Source: a bacterium
GTDB lineage: Bacteria > UBA8248
Assembly (NCBI GenBank): GCA_965261085.1
Contig: OZ253442.1
Location: 992,001 to 1,056,000, forward strand
Length of the DNA stretch: 64,000 nucleotides
Direction of reading: 5' to 3'
The notes beneath the pieces are model-generated. The model saw only the letters and a list, made by a program, of their open reading frames with translations. It searched no databases and was not told where the DNA came from. The position numbers were made by a program, and so were the translations under genes. Shown piece after piece: positions 50,376 to 59,529 of this stretch. Every line of letters starts with the position of its first letter. The stretch's first letter is position 1.

Positions 50376-51248
50376 ATGGCTACCACGGGACCGACAAGAG
50401 ATCGCATAAAGGCTCTCAAGCGAGAGTACGACGCCTTGCGCCGGGGGAAGGAATCGCTCCTGGCGATGATCGACGAGGTGGAAGTACCCGAGAGCGTCTA
50501 CAACTCGAACGCGATAGAAAATTCCACCCTCACTCTGGATGAGACCGAAAGAATCCTGCTGGAGCAAACCCTCGCCCGCGAGGTGTCCGTGCGGGAGGTC
50601 TACGAGGCGAAGAATCTGGCCCGCGTGATGGAATACAAGCGCGCGCGGGCGGAGGACAGCCAACTGGACGAGGAGTTGATACTGCTGCTCCACCGGATGC
50701 TCATCGGCGGCATCGACGACGCCATTGCGGGCCGGTTTCGGAGGCAGGGGGAGTACGTGCGGGTGGGTATGCACATCGCGCCCGCACCCGAGCACGTGGA
50801 GCGCATGATGGAGAATATACTCATCACCTATTCGAGCGACCTCGATTCCTATTGCCTCGACAAGATCGCCCGGTTCCATCTGGACTTCGAGACCATACAT
50901 CCTTTTTGCGACGGCAACGGCCGCATCGGGAGGGTCATCATCAATTTCCAGTTTTTACAACTCGGCCTGCCGCGCCTCATCGTCCGCAACTCGGAGAAGG
51001 AGACGTACTATCGCGCGTTCGGGGATTATAGAGATCGCCGGACGACCCGGACGATGGAGAATATCCTCGCGCTCGCCCTGCTGGAATCGCTCCACAAGCG
51101 GGTGAGTTACCTGCGGGGCGAGTCGATTGTGCGTCTGTCCGATTACATCCGAAAGAGGGGCCTCTCCGCCCCCACCACCACCAACGCCGCCCGCCGCCAG
51201 ACCATCCCCGCCTTCCGCGAGAAAGGTGTGTGGAAGATCGGGGAGTAG
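50376..51248 (+). CDS. Fic family protein with internal inhibitory motif (alternative start 50358)
   Basis: HPFCDGNGRIGR; SNAIEN fits (S/T)xxxE(G/N); HTH-like C-terminus. Confidence 0.9.
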   Translation: MATTGPTRDRIKALKREYDALRRGKESLLAMIDEVEVPESVYNSNAIENSTLTLDETERILLEQTLAREVSVREVYEAKNLARVMEYKRARAEDSQLDEELILLLHRMLIGGIDDAIAGRFRRQGEYVRVGMHIAPAPEHVERMMENILITYSSDLDSYCLDKIARFHLDFETIHPFCDGNGRIGRVIINFQFLQLGLPRLIVRNSEKETYYRAFGDYRDRRTTRTMENILALALLESLHKRVSYLRGESIVRLSDYIRKRGLSAPTTTNAARRQTIPAFREKGVWKIGE

Positions 51249-51261
51249 GGGGGGGAGGTAG

Positions 51262-51858
51262 CTAGCTTTGCGCCAGATCGAGAAGAGCCTCAATAAAGCG
51301 TTTCGCATGGGAAGATGCGTTTTTGACTTTCTCAGCGTCCAGCTTCGCCAGAATCTCGAAACTGTGCGATCCCTTGTGATAGCCGCGTTTCGAGGTATCC
51401 CGGGCAGCTCTATCTAATCCATCCAAAACATCATCTTTGGTAATTTGTTCAATCCGGGGATTTTGCGGGAGCGCGTTCTGCCTATAGCCTTGACCGTAAA
51501 ATTCCTTTAGCGCATCCCCATCGGCCAGAAACCATGATTCCATGATTTGCACCATGAGGTGGCATTGCTCGTCAGTCGCGCCAGCGGGGCGAGGCCACCC
51601 GTCACGATTATTGAGATGTCGCCATGACCCGCCTTGCTCCACAGGCCTCTCGGCGTCCACGAGAAGCATGGCTTTCCCGTATTGATGAGCGACTTCGAAA
51701 TCCTTATATGCGTTCTCACGGCCGCCAGAGGGTACAATTCTGGGCATCTTTTCATTCAAACCCGCCTTCTCGATGAAAGTGCGAAAACCTTCGCGGCACT
51801 CGCTTCTTAAAGACTTAGCATCGCCTCCACCTTCCACAAAGACCTTGACACTTACCAC
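51262..51858 (-). CDS. DUF4276 family protein (TOPRIM-like)
   Basis: VFVEGGGD, LLVDAE, MVQIMESWFLAD, YHKG. Confidence 0.82.
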   Translation of the reverse strand: MVSVKVFVEGGGDAKSLRSECREGFRTFIEKAGLNEKMPRIVPSGGRENAYKDFEVAHQYGKAMLLVDAERPVEQGGSWRHLNNRDGWPRPAGATDEQCHLMVQIMESWFLADGDALKEFYGQGYRQNALPQNPRIEQITKDDVLDGLDRAARDTSKRGYHKGSHSFEILAKLDAEKVKNASSHAKRFIEALLDLAQS

Positions 51859-53051
51859 CGATTTCCTCCGATATCTCCACGTGTCCAAAGTTCTCCGAGC
51901 CGGTATCGCTCAAGCCATGGTTCGAGTTCTGTTTTGTCGAGGCGGCGAAGTTGCGTCGCTCCGTCAAACTTCTCGCAGACGACGATGGATTCGGGTGTTT
52001 CCGTGAGCGCATCTACGAGAACGTCGGAGTGCGTCGTGACGAAAATCTGGCTGCGCGACGATGCATCGACCAGGAGTTTCGCCACTTTCGGGATGATGTC
52101 AGGGTGTAGACCAATTTCCGGTTCCTCGATGCAGATGACCGGCGGCGGGTCGGGGTGGCAAAGAACGGCGAGCAGGCAGAGATAGCGCAGGCTCCCGTCC
52201 GAGAGCCGCGTGGCGGGTACGGAATGTTCCAGACCTTCTTCGTGGAAGAATACTTGAACCTCGCCAGTGGTTATGTCTGTGGTAACATCCAGTACCGATT
52301 GATAGAAGGTCCTCAAGCGCTCCAGTATCTCACGCTTTACGGGAGGGCGGTTCAACAGATCGTTCAGAACCAAAGCGAGGTTCGAGGCGTCCTCTTCAAG
52401 GCTTTTCTTTGGCAGATCGGTTCGTCCAGGACTGCGTGGCGGCTCGCCGTGCTCGAAATTCCACTCGCGATAAAAGCGGATTCGCTCGAATTGGTCAGCC
52501 AGATAAGTCAATTCCGGATAAGAGTCGGGATCCCGCCGCTGCGAGAGAATCGACTGGTCGTACTTCACGTCTTCCCGCTTAAGATGTCTTCTATGGGGGG
52601 ATTCCTCCCCAGTGAAAACGTTGAGCACCGGATGGCCGTCTTGATAGCGGTAGTAGAAAAATGGATCGTTTTTATCAGGTGTCGGTTTCTCATTCTCTAC
52701 AGCCTCGTCCCTGAGTTCGAACCGCGACCCAGTTTCCGTGAAGGACAGGCGATACCTGAGCGGCTGCTGTCCCTGTGGATATTCGACGGTTACGTCCACG
52801 GTCGCCGTGCCCAGTTGAGAACTTCCCTTCCAGAGCCAATGTTTAACGCCTCCGCCTGTTCGAATCGGCGCTTGAAGCTCTTTGGCGGGCGTTTCTGCGA
52901 GAATCGATAGTGCTTCGATGAGGTTGGACTTCCCTGAAGCGTTCGGTCCGATGAGTACGTTCAGAGGTTCCAGTGGAAACTCCTTGGACGAAGGCCCATA
53001 GGAGAGAATGTTCTCCAGGCGAATCGTTCGAATGAACCTATTGCCTTCCAT
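51852..53051 (-). CDS. ABC/AAA_21-type ATPase
   Basis: GPNASGKSN, LSDG, CIEEPEIGLHP, VTTHS. Confidence 0.9.
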   Translation of the reverse strand: MEGNRFIRTIRLENILSYGPSSKEFPLEPLNVLIGPNASGKSNLIEALSILAETPAKELQAPIRTGGGVKHWLWKGSSQLGTATVDVTVEYPQGQQPLRYRLSFTETGSRFELRDEAVENEKPTPDKNDPFFYYRYQDGHPVLNVFTGEESPHRRHLKREDVKYDQSILSQRRDPDSYPELTYLADQFERIRFYREWNFEHGEPPRSPGRTDLPKKSLEEDASNLALVLNDLLNRPPVKREILERLRTFYQSVLDVTTDITTGEVQVFFHEEGLEHSVPATRLSDGSLRYLCLLAVLCHPDPPPVICIEEPEIGLHPDIIPKVAKLLVDASSRSQIFVTTHSDVLVDALTETPESIVVCEKFDGATQLRRLDKTELEPWLERYRLGELWTRGDIGGNRW

Positions 53052-53179
53052 GGCCTACTCTCCCCAGGTTCCGCCCCGGTTGAATCACAAGCATTTTCGG
53101 GAACAGGATAGCATACGCGAATATATAACCCATGCACCGCGCGGTTCACAATCTCTTCATCGTCTCACCCAACTATCCC

Positions 53180-53600
53180 TCTATCATCGGTCGGGTTTGA
53201 CCCCATTCATTTCATCACACACCGTGGATATTTCACCTTAAGGCGGGGTTATTTTTCCTCGTCGGCAAAGTCTCTGGATGCCGGATAAAAGGGTTCCGGC
53301 ATGACGGGCGAAACCATACATCCAAGTAATCGCTCCCTCTTCGCTCGGGAAACACTCCCCCCACCAGTTCGCTTGCGGGCTTACGCCCTTACCTCACTGA
53401 CTCCCCCTCAAGGGGGGAGTGGTCCCCAAACCGCGCATCACAGAAAACAATATGTAATCCCTCCCTCTCATCGGTCGGGTTTGACCCCACTCGTTTCAGA
53501 ATACACCGTGGATATTTCACCTTAAGGTCGGGGTTGTTTTCCTCGTCGGCAAAGTCTCTGGATGCCGGATAAAAGGGTTCCGGCATGACGGGCGAAACCA
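53180..53600. repeat. About 135-bp direct repeat (approx. 53180-53316 and 53466-53600) with REP-like palindromes
   Basis: Both copies read TCATCGGTCGGGTTTGACCCC...CACCGTGGATATTTCACCTTAAGG...CTGGATGCCGGATAAAAGGGTTCCGGCATGACGGGCGAAACCA. Confidence 0.9.
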
Positions 53601-53653
53601 GACCCGCAGGCTATTCTTCGCTCCTCGGCCAGCAATCCAATCCCTCCCTTCTC

Positions 53654-55175
53654 GGGGTTGTTGAAAAACCCCTGACTCTATGCTTGGATGTATGGATATT
53701 ACGCGCCCGAGAAGGGAATATCCGCGATGTTGGGACGCAAGAACCGCGCCCAGATGGATTTGTTCATCACCGGTTCGCTGGAGAGGTTGATTCCCGAGGA
53801 TCACATATTGGCCCGCGTGAACCGCGTTCTGGACCTGAGTTGGCTGCGCGAGGAAGTGGCGGATTGTTATTGCGCGGACAACGGCCGTCCTGGGATCGAC
53901 CCCGAAGTGGCGGTTCGGTTGATGTTGGCGGGCCTTCTGCTGGGGTTCGTGCACGACCGTCGGTTGATGCGCGAGGCGCAGGTGAACATCGCGATCCGGT
54001 GGTTCATCGGTTACGGGCTGGAGGATCGGCTGCCGGATCATTCGAGCCTGACGCGGATACGGCAGCGCTGGGGGGAGGCCCGGTTCCGGGAGATATTCCG
54101 CCGCACGGTCCGTGCGTGCCTGGATGCGAAGGTGGCCAAGGCCGAAGTCGTGCACGTGGACGCCTCATTGATCCGCGCGGACGTGAGTTGGGAGAGTCTG
54201 GTGGAGCGTCACGTGGACGAGGTGATAGCGGAGAACCCCGTCGAGGAGGAGGCCGGGAAGAAGGGTGGAGGAGGCCGCCGTGGCGGGGGTTCCGGGAAGG
54301 TGAGCCGGACGGACCCGGACGCGCGGCTGGCGAGAACGGGCGGGGGATTCGAGCCGAGCTACAAGCAGCACGCTGTGGTGGACGACACGCGCGGGGTGGT
54401 GCTCGACGTATCGGTGACGGAGGGTACGGTGAACGAGCGTGAGGTGCTCGAATCGCAGGTGGAAGCGGTATGCGAGGTATCGGGGCGCGCGCCCGCGATG
54501 GTGACGGCGGACTCTGGCTACGCCTACTCGAAGGTCTACGCGGCCCTGGAGCGCCGGGGTGTGGCCGCGCTCATTCCGGCGAAGAGGGAACCCTCGCAGA
54601 GCCGTGTTCCGTTGCGCCTGTTCCGCTACGACGCGCGGCACGACATCGTGAAGTGTCCGCGCGGCAAGATACTGAGCCCCCGTCGGCCCGCAAAGGGGGG
54701 GCGTTATTATCGTTCGAAGACCCGTGATTGCGCGGGCTGCGCGCTTCGCGAGGATTGCCTGCCGAAGGCGTGGTCGAGCAAGGTGGTGTTGGTTCCGCAT
54801 GCGTATCCGGCGCTGTTGCGCGCGCGCCGGCGCCATGCGCGATGGAGGGAGGAGGAGCGGCGGATGTACCGGCGTCATATGTGGCGCTCGGAGGGCTACC
54901 ACGGCGAGGCGAAGACCTGGCACGGGCTTGCGCGCGCGGTGCGGCGCGGTCTTGAGAACATGAAGATACAGTCCTACCTGACGGCGGCGGCGATCAACCT
55001 CAAGCGGCTCTCCGCCGCACTTGCTGCAAGGTTATTCGCCCTCTGGAGGGCCTGGTCGGCCCGGGAAGAGCCTCTGTGCGTCCATCGCGGCCTCGCAAGC
55101 TGCGCGGGCTTCCTGTCCGCCGCCGCGTGACCCTCCATACCGCCCGCTCCCGAAACCGGGTTATTCAACAACCCC
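53654..55175 (+). mobile_element. Intact IS1182-like insertion sequence, 1522 bp
   Basis: TIRs GGGGTTGTTGAAAAACCC / GGGTTATTCAACAACCCC; 5-bp TSD TTCTC on both sides. Confidence 0.92.
53727..55130 (+). CDS. IS1182/IS5-like DDE transposase
   Basis: GRPGIDP, PDHSSL, VDAS, ADSGY, EAKTWHGL. Confidence 0.9.
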   Translation: MLGRKNRAQMDLFITGSLERLIPEDHILARVNRVLDLSWLREEVADCYCADNGRPGIDPEVAVRLMLAGLLLGFVHDRRLMREAQVNIAIRWFIGYGLEDRLPDHSSLTRIRQRWGEARFREIFRRTVRACLDAKVAKAEVVHVDASLIRADVSWESLVERHVDEVIAENPVEEEAGKKGGGGRRGGGSGKVSRTDPDARLARTGGGFEPSYKQHAVVDDTRGVVLDVSVTEGTVNEREVLESQVEAVCEVSGRAPAMVTADSGYAYSKVYAALERRGVAALIPAKREPSQSRVPLRLFRYDARHDIVKCPRGKILSPRRPAKGGRYYRSKTRDCAGCALREDCLPKAWSSKVVLVPHAYPALLRARRRHARWREEERRMYRRHMWRSEGYHGEAKTWHGLARAVRRGLENMKIQSYLTAAAINLKRLSAALAARLFALWRAWSAREEPLCVHRGLASCAGFLSAAA

Positions 55176-55507
55176 TTCTCGGTCGGGATTGACCCAGCAA
55201 TTGCCGTCATCGGTTTTTCGTCGGAATGGGCGAGAATCCCGCGCGCGAAAGTCAATTTCGAGCGAGGAGCGAGGAATGGCCGTTTCATCGATGAGAGGAG
55301 GGGAGAGAATGGAAAGGGCGATTCGGCTCGGGCGGGAGAAAGTGGACGTTTCGCCCCTGCGGGTGGTTCGACTTCTTTCCCGGTCGCACCGGGCCGGGCG
55401 CACCGGAAGAGCGTGCGCCGAATTGCTGAAAATATCGATAAATACACGGGGTTTTTCGATAAATAAATAAAACACTAAATAATTGATTTTAGGCGGTTTA
55501 TGATGTT

Positions 55508-56791
55508 TTAGGCCGGAATAGAGGTCATTCCGCCCATGTAGGAGCGCAGCGCTTCGGGTATTATGACGGAGCCATCCGCGCGCTGGAAGTTCTCTAAAAT
55601 CGCCACAAACGTCCGCCCCACCGCGAGGCCTGAGCCGTTCAGGGTGTGGAGGAATTCAGGCTTGGCGCCTGCTCCGGGGCGGAAGCGGATTCCGGCGCGC
55701 CTGGCCTGGAAATCCTCGAAATTGCTGCACGAGGAGATTTCCCGATAAGTGTTCTGAGACGGTACCCAGACCTCGATGTCGTACGTCTTGGCGGCGGAGA
55801 AACCCAGATCTCCCGCGCACAGCGTGACGACGCGGAAGTGGAGCCCCAGGCGCTTTAAGACCTCCTCGGCGTCGACGGTGAGGCTCTCTAATTCCTCATA
55901 ACTCGTCTCGGGGCGGCTGAATTTCACGAGTTCGACCTTGTTGAACTGGTGCTGGCGGATGAGGCCGCGCGTATCCTGGCCGTAGGAGCCGGCCTCACTC
56001 CTGAAGCAAGGGGTATAGGCCGTGTATTTTAGCGGCAAATCCTCGCCGCCCAGAATTTCCTCCCGGTGGATGTTCGTGACGGGCACCTCGGCGGTGGGGA
56101 TCAAATAGAACTTTCCGTCATCGACGCGAAAGAGGTCTTCCTCGAATTTGGGCAACTGGCCCGTGCCCGTCATGGCCTCGGGGTTCACCATGAACGGAGG
56201 AAGCCACTCGGTGTAGCCGTGTTCATTCGTATGGAGGTCGAGCATGAAGTTGATGAGGGCGCGCTCGATACGCGCCCCCGCGCCCCGGTACAGCGCAAAG
56301 CGCGAGCCGGCTATCTTGACTGCGCGCTTCATGTCCAGAATGTTCAGGGCTTCGCCCAACTCATCATGCGCTTTGGGCTCGAAATCAAACGCTGGTTTCT
56401 CGCCCCACACCCTCACGAGGGCATTGTCCTCGGCACTTTGGCCGTCGGGGGTGGTCTCATGTGGCGCGTTTGGGAGTTCGAGGAGAAAATCGTTTTGTTC
56501 TTGTACGAGTCCGGCCAGCTCTCCCTCCATGGATTTGGCCTCGGTCGTCAGGCGTTGGTTTTCGGCCAGGAACGCCTGCACCTCGTCCTCAGGCGCCTTG
56601 TTGCGCTTGAGTTCTCCGATTTTCTTGCTGCGCTTCCTCACATCGGCCACCCGGCTCTCGACCTGGTGGGTCAAATCCCGCCTGCGGGCGTCGATTTCCA
56701 GTATCCCGGAGAGGTCCCAATCGCCACCCCTTCGGGCGAGCGCGCGCGCCACCGCTTCGGGGTCGTTTCTGATGAGGCGAATGTCAAACAA
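55508..56791 (-). CDS. serS: Serine--tRNA ligase
   Basis: [30 protein letters not shown]. Confidence 0.98.
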   Translation of the reverse strand: MFDIRLIRNDPEAVARALARRGGDWDLSGILEIDARRRDLTHQVESRVADVRKRSKKIGELKRNKAPEDEVQAFLAENQRLTTEAKSMEGELAGLVQEQNDFLLELPNAPHETTPDGQSAEDNALVRVWGEKPAFDFEPKAHDELGEALNILDMKRAVKIAGSRFALYRGAGARIERALINFMLDLHTNEHGYTEWLPPFMVNPEAMTGTGQLPKFEEDLFRVDDGKFYLIPTAEVPVTNIHREEILGGEDLPLKYTAYTPCFRSEAGSYGQDTRGLIRQHQFNKVELVKFSRPETSYEELESLTVDAEEVLKRLGLHFRVVTLCAGDLGFSAAKTYDIEVWVPSQNTYREISSCSNFEDFQARRAGIRFRPGAGAKPEFLHTLNGSGLAVGRTFVAILENFQRADGSVIIPEALRSYMGGMTSIPA

Positions 56792-56966
56792 TTAGTTGCT
56801 CCTCCATGATGTTTCCTTGTGGGGTAGTGAACATAAAACGAGAGGTTGCGCGCGTCAACGGAAATATCTCTTCGCATAAAACCTTCGCGCTGGATTTCGG
56901 TTTCGAAAATGGAGTATTCTAGATGAATCAGCGATATTTTCTATCTTCTGTGGGCGTTGGGGGATA

Positions 56967-57446
56967 ATGATGTTCGGCTTGTGGCGGTTGGTAATGCGTT
57001 CAGGGGGCGCCGTGGCTGTTTGTCTGGGGATGGTGGCCCTGGCGTTTTACGGTATTGCCCAGATGAGCGTCATAATAGTCGATGAGCCGGCCCGCGGCCT
57101 CAAGGTGGTGGGTGTTTTTTTCGTCCTCGCCATCGTGTTTTGCTACATGATGAAGTGGGTTTTGCGTCAGGCGATCGCGCAGGTCCTCCGGCCCATCGAC
57201 GCGGCGAAAGAGGCGACGTCGCGCCTTGTTTCTATTGGCGAAGAAGGCGGGAAAAAGGCGTTTCGCTCGCTGGGGAAAAGAACGCGCGCAGCGGGGAGCG
57301 TCGTCACGTGGGCGGTGGGCGGAGCGGCCCGAACCTTGTGGCGCGTGCGGTATGTCTGGCCTCCCTCCTGGCGGGGACGTCGCCGGGAGGAGGAGCAAAA
57401 GCCTGCAGATGTCATCCCGCTCAAGAGAAATCGGGAAGGTCGTTGA
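56967..57446 (+). CDS. Hypothetical membrane protein
   Basis: Two predicted TM segments; fills the intergenic gap. Confidence 0.5.
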   Translation: MMFGLWRLVMRSGGAVAVCLGMVALAFYGIAQMSVIIVDEPARGLKVVGVFFVLAIVFCYMMKWVLRQAIAQVLRPIDAAKEATSRLVSIGEEGGKKAFRSLGKRTRAAGSVVTWAVGGAARTLWRVRYVWPPSWRGRRREEEQKPADVIPLKRNREGR

Positions 57447-57487
57447 TTCCCGGGCATGATTGAGGGAGTGTTTTCCCGTCTTTCCAG

Positions 57488-57940
57488 CTAATCTTCCATT
57501 TGCTCGAAAATCAGATAGTGGCTTTGTGCCATGTTCATATTTTTATAAACTTCTTGCGAGGCTCTGTTTTGCGCGTCGACGTATAGCTGAAGGCCGCAGG
57601 CGCCGGCTTGTTCGGCGAGATTTTTGACGTGATGGTGCAAGGCGCTGTAAATGCCCTGCTTTCTCTCGAATGGAACGACATATACGTTCTGAATCCACCA
57701 GTAATGCGCGTTGTTCCAGTCGCTCCATTCCAGAGTTACTCGGATTTGCCCTAAAATTTCATCGCCCCGATGCGCGAGGTAATATCGTCCTATCGATGGT
57801 TCGGAGAGGGATTTTTGCACGCCTTGGTGGATTTTTTCGGGCTCAAGGCGCAGATTTTCACTCTCAAGAGCCATATCGACGTTGAACTGGACGATTTTCT
57901 CTGCGTCCGTATTAGTGGCGGGGCGTATGGCGAAATTCAT
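57488..57940 (-). CDS. GNAT N-acetyltransferase
   Basis: EWSDW, WIQNVYV...RKQGIY. Confidence 0.88.
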   Translation of the reverse strand: MNFAIRPATNTDAEKIVQFNVDMALESENLRLEPEKIHQGVQKSLSEPSIGRYYLAHRGDEILGQIRVTLEWSDWNNAHYWWIQNVYVVPFERKQGIYSALHHHVKNLAEQAGACGLQLYVDAQNRASQEVYKNMNMAQSHYLIFEQMED

Positions 57941-58243
57941 TGTTACTCCAGTATGACGAGTATCCGTCCCGATTATTTAGGCGCAGAGACCCTATCGGAT
58001 TCAATCAAACAAGTAAAACCTGTTCACATCTTAGGGATGTCAACTCTTAGAGACAGGGTATTCTGGCTCTATGTGCGGGAATCCACTCGCAAAGAAAAAT
58101 GGTGTTTTAACATTACTCTGGAAACCGATTCGTGAGAGAGATATAATTTCTCGGGTTTGCGTTTTTGGATTTTGACTGTACGGATGTTGTTCCACAAAAG
58201 TAGTCAGGAAAGGTCCTTTAGCCGCCGGATCAGGAAGTGTGAA

Positions 58244-59524
58244 ATGCGCTTAAAATTCATGGTGTTAGTCGTTTCAGTGTTCTTCCTCGCTCTCCCGGCT
58301 GTTTCCCAGAAGACATCAAAAGGCTCCTTCTTCCCCTCCATTGAAGCTGCGGAAAAAAGCGAGATTACCGGTAAATGGAAACATTGGCGGGAATTCGTAA
58401 ATGAGCACTTTAACTATCCTTTGCCTCCCATGGGTGAAGCGCCGAAATCATACAAAGGTGCTGAGCGTTCTTTGTTGCCGGAGAGTTGCGGGAGTTGCCA
58501 TTCCGATCAGTACAATCAGTGGAAAACCACACTTCACGCCAAGGCGATGAGTCCGGGCATATACGGGCAACTCGTCGATATGTGGGAAACGAATCCCGAG
58601 GAAGCACAAAGCTGTAATGAGTGCCATGCGCCTCTGGCGGAACAGCAAAAGCGCGCGAGGCTGGGCGCGGGTCCTTTTGCGAACTGGCAAAAAAACCCGG
58701 TTCACGATCGAAAGCTGGAGATGCACGGATTGGCCTGCGCCGCATGCCATGTGCGCAATTGGCGCGTGCATGGTCCACCGAAAAAGGAGACTCCCGAAGG
58801 CGTGGATGACACGACAAGAAAGGGCCCACACGCAGGTGTGGAGCGCACGCCTTTTTTTAGCCGCGCGGAATTTTGTATGGGTTGTCACCAGCATACCTAT
58901 CCCGGGCCGAACGGGAAATCGATTCAGAATACCTACAACGAGTGGAAAGACTCACTTTGGGGCAAAGAGGATGTTGCCTGCCAGAGTTGCCATATGCCCG
59001 GTCGGGCCCATCTGTGGCGAGGCATACATGACAAGGATATGACGCAGGGTGCCGTGCAGATAGACGTCATGCTCGGAGAGGATGCGGCCGGAGAAATTGT
59101 CACGGCCCAGATTAAGCTCACGAACTCAGGGGCCGGGCATTATTTTCCCACTTATATTACGCCTTCCGTGGATGTCATCTCCGAACTTGAGGATAAAAAC
59201 GGGCGAATCATGCTGGGTACAAGGCAGATCAACGTGATTGAGCGAAAACTCTCCTCTGATTTCAGCCGCGAGATCTATGACACACGCATTCCCCCTCAAA
59301 AGTCCCTCACGTTTCGATACAGGAGGGGACGAGCCGAGGGTGCCGCGAGACTCAGGGTGCGCGTTCACGTGCGGCCCGATGCTTTTTACTACGATTTCTA
59401 TGTCGAGTTTCTCAAGAATTCGAACATTTCAAGATTGTCGCGCAAGCTCATCACACAGGCGCGAGACATTGCGGCGTCATCGAACTTTTATGTTTATGAC
59501 GAGAAATTTGAACTGAAAAACTAA
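58244..59524 (+). CDS. Multiheme c-type cytochrome (5 CxxCH), secreted
   Basis: CGSCH, CNECH, CAACH, CMGCH, CQSCH; signal peptide. Confidence 0.88.
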   Translation: MRLKFMVLVVSVFFLALPAVSQKTSKGSFFPSIEAAEKSEITGKWKHWREFVNEHFNYPLPPMGEAPKSYKGAERSLLPESCGSCHSDQYNQWKTTLHAKAMSPGIYGQLVDMWETNPEEAQSCNECHAPLAEQQKRARLGAGPFANWQKNPVHDRKLEMHGLACAACHVRNWRVHGPPKKETPEGVDDTTRKGPHAGVERTPFFSRAEFCMGCHQHTYPGPNGKSIQNTYNEWKDSLWGKEDVACQSCHMPGRAHLWRGIHDKDMTQGAVQIDVMLGEDAAGEIVTAQIKLTNSGAGHYFPTYITPSVDVISELEDKNGRIMLGTRQINVIERKLSSDFSREIYDTRIPPQKSLTFRYRRGRAEGAARLRVRVHVRPDAFYYDFYVEFLKNSNISRLSRKLITQARDIAASSNFYVYDEKFELKN

Positions 59525-59529
59525 GAAGC

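Noticed and set aside
53180-53600. CRISPR array
   Set aside because: Only two long repeats, no regular spacers and no cas genes
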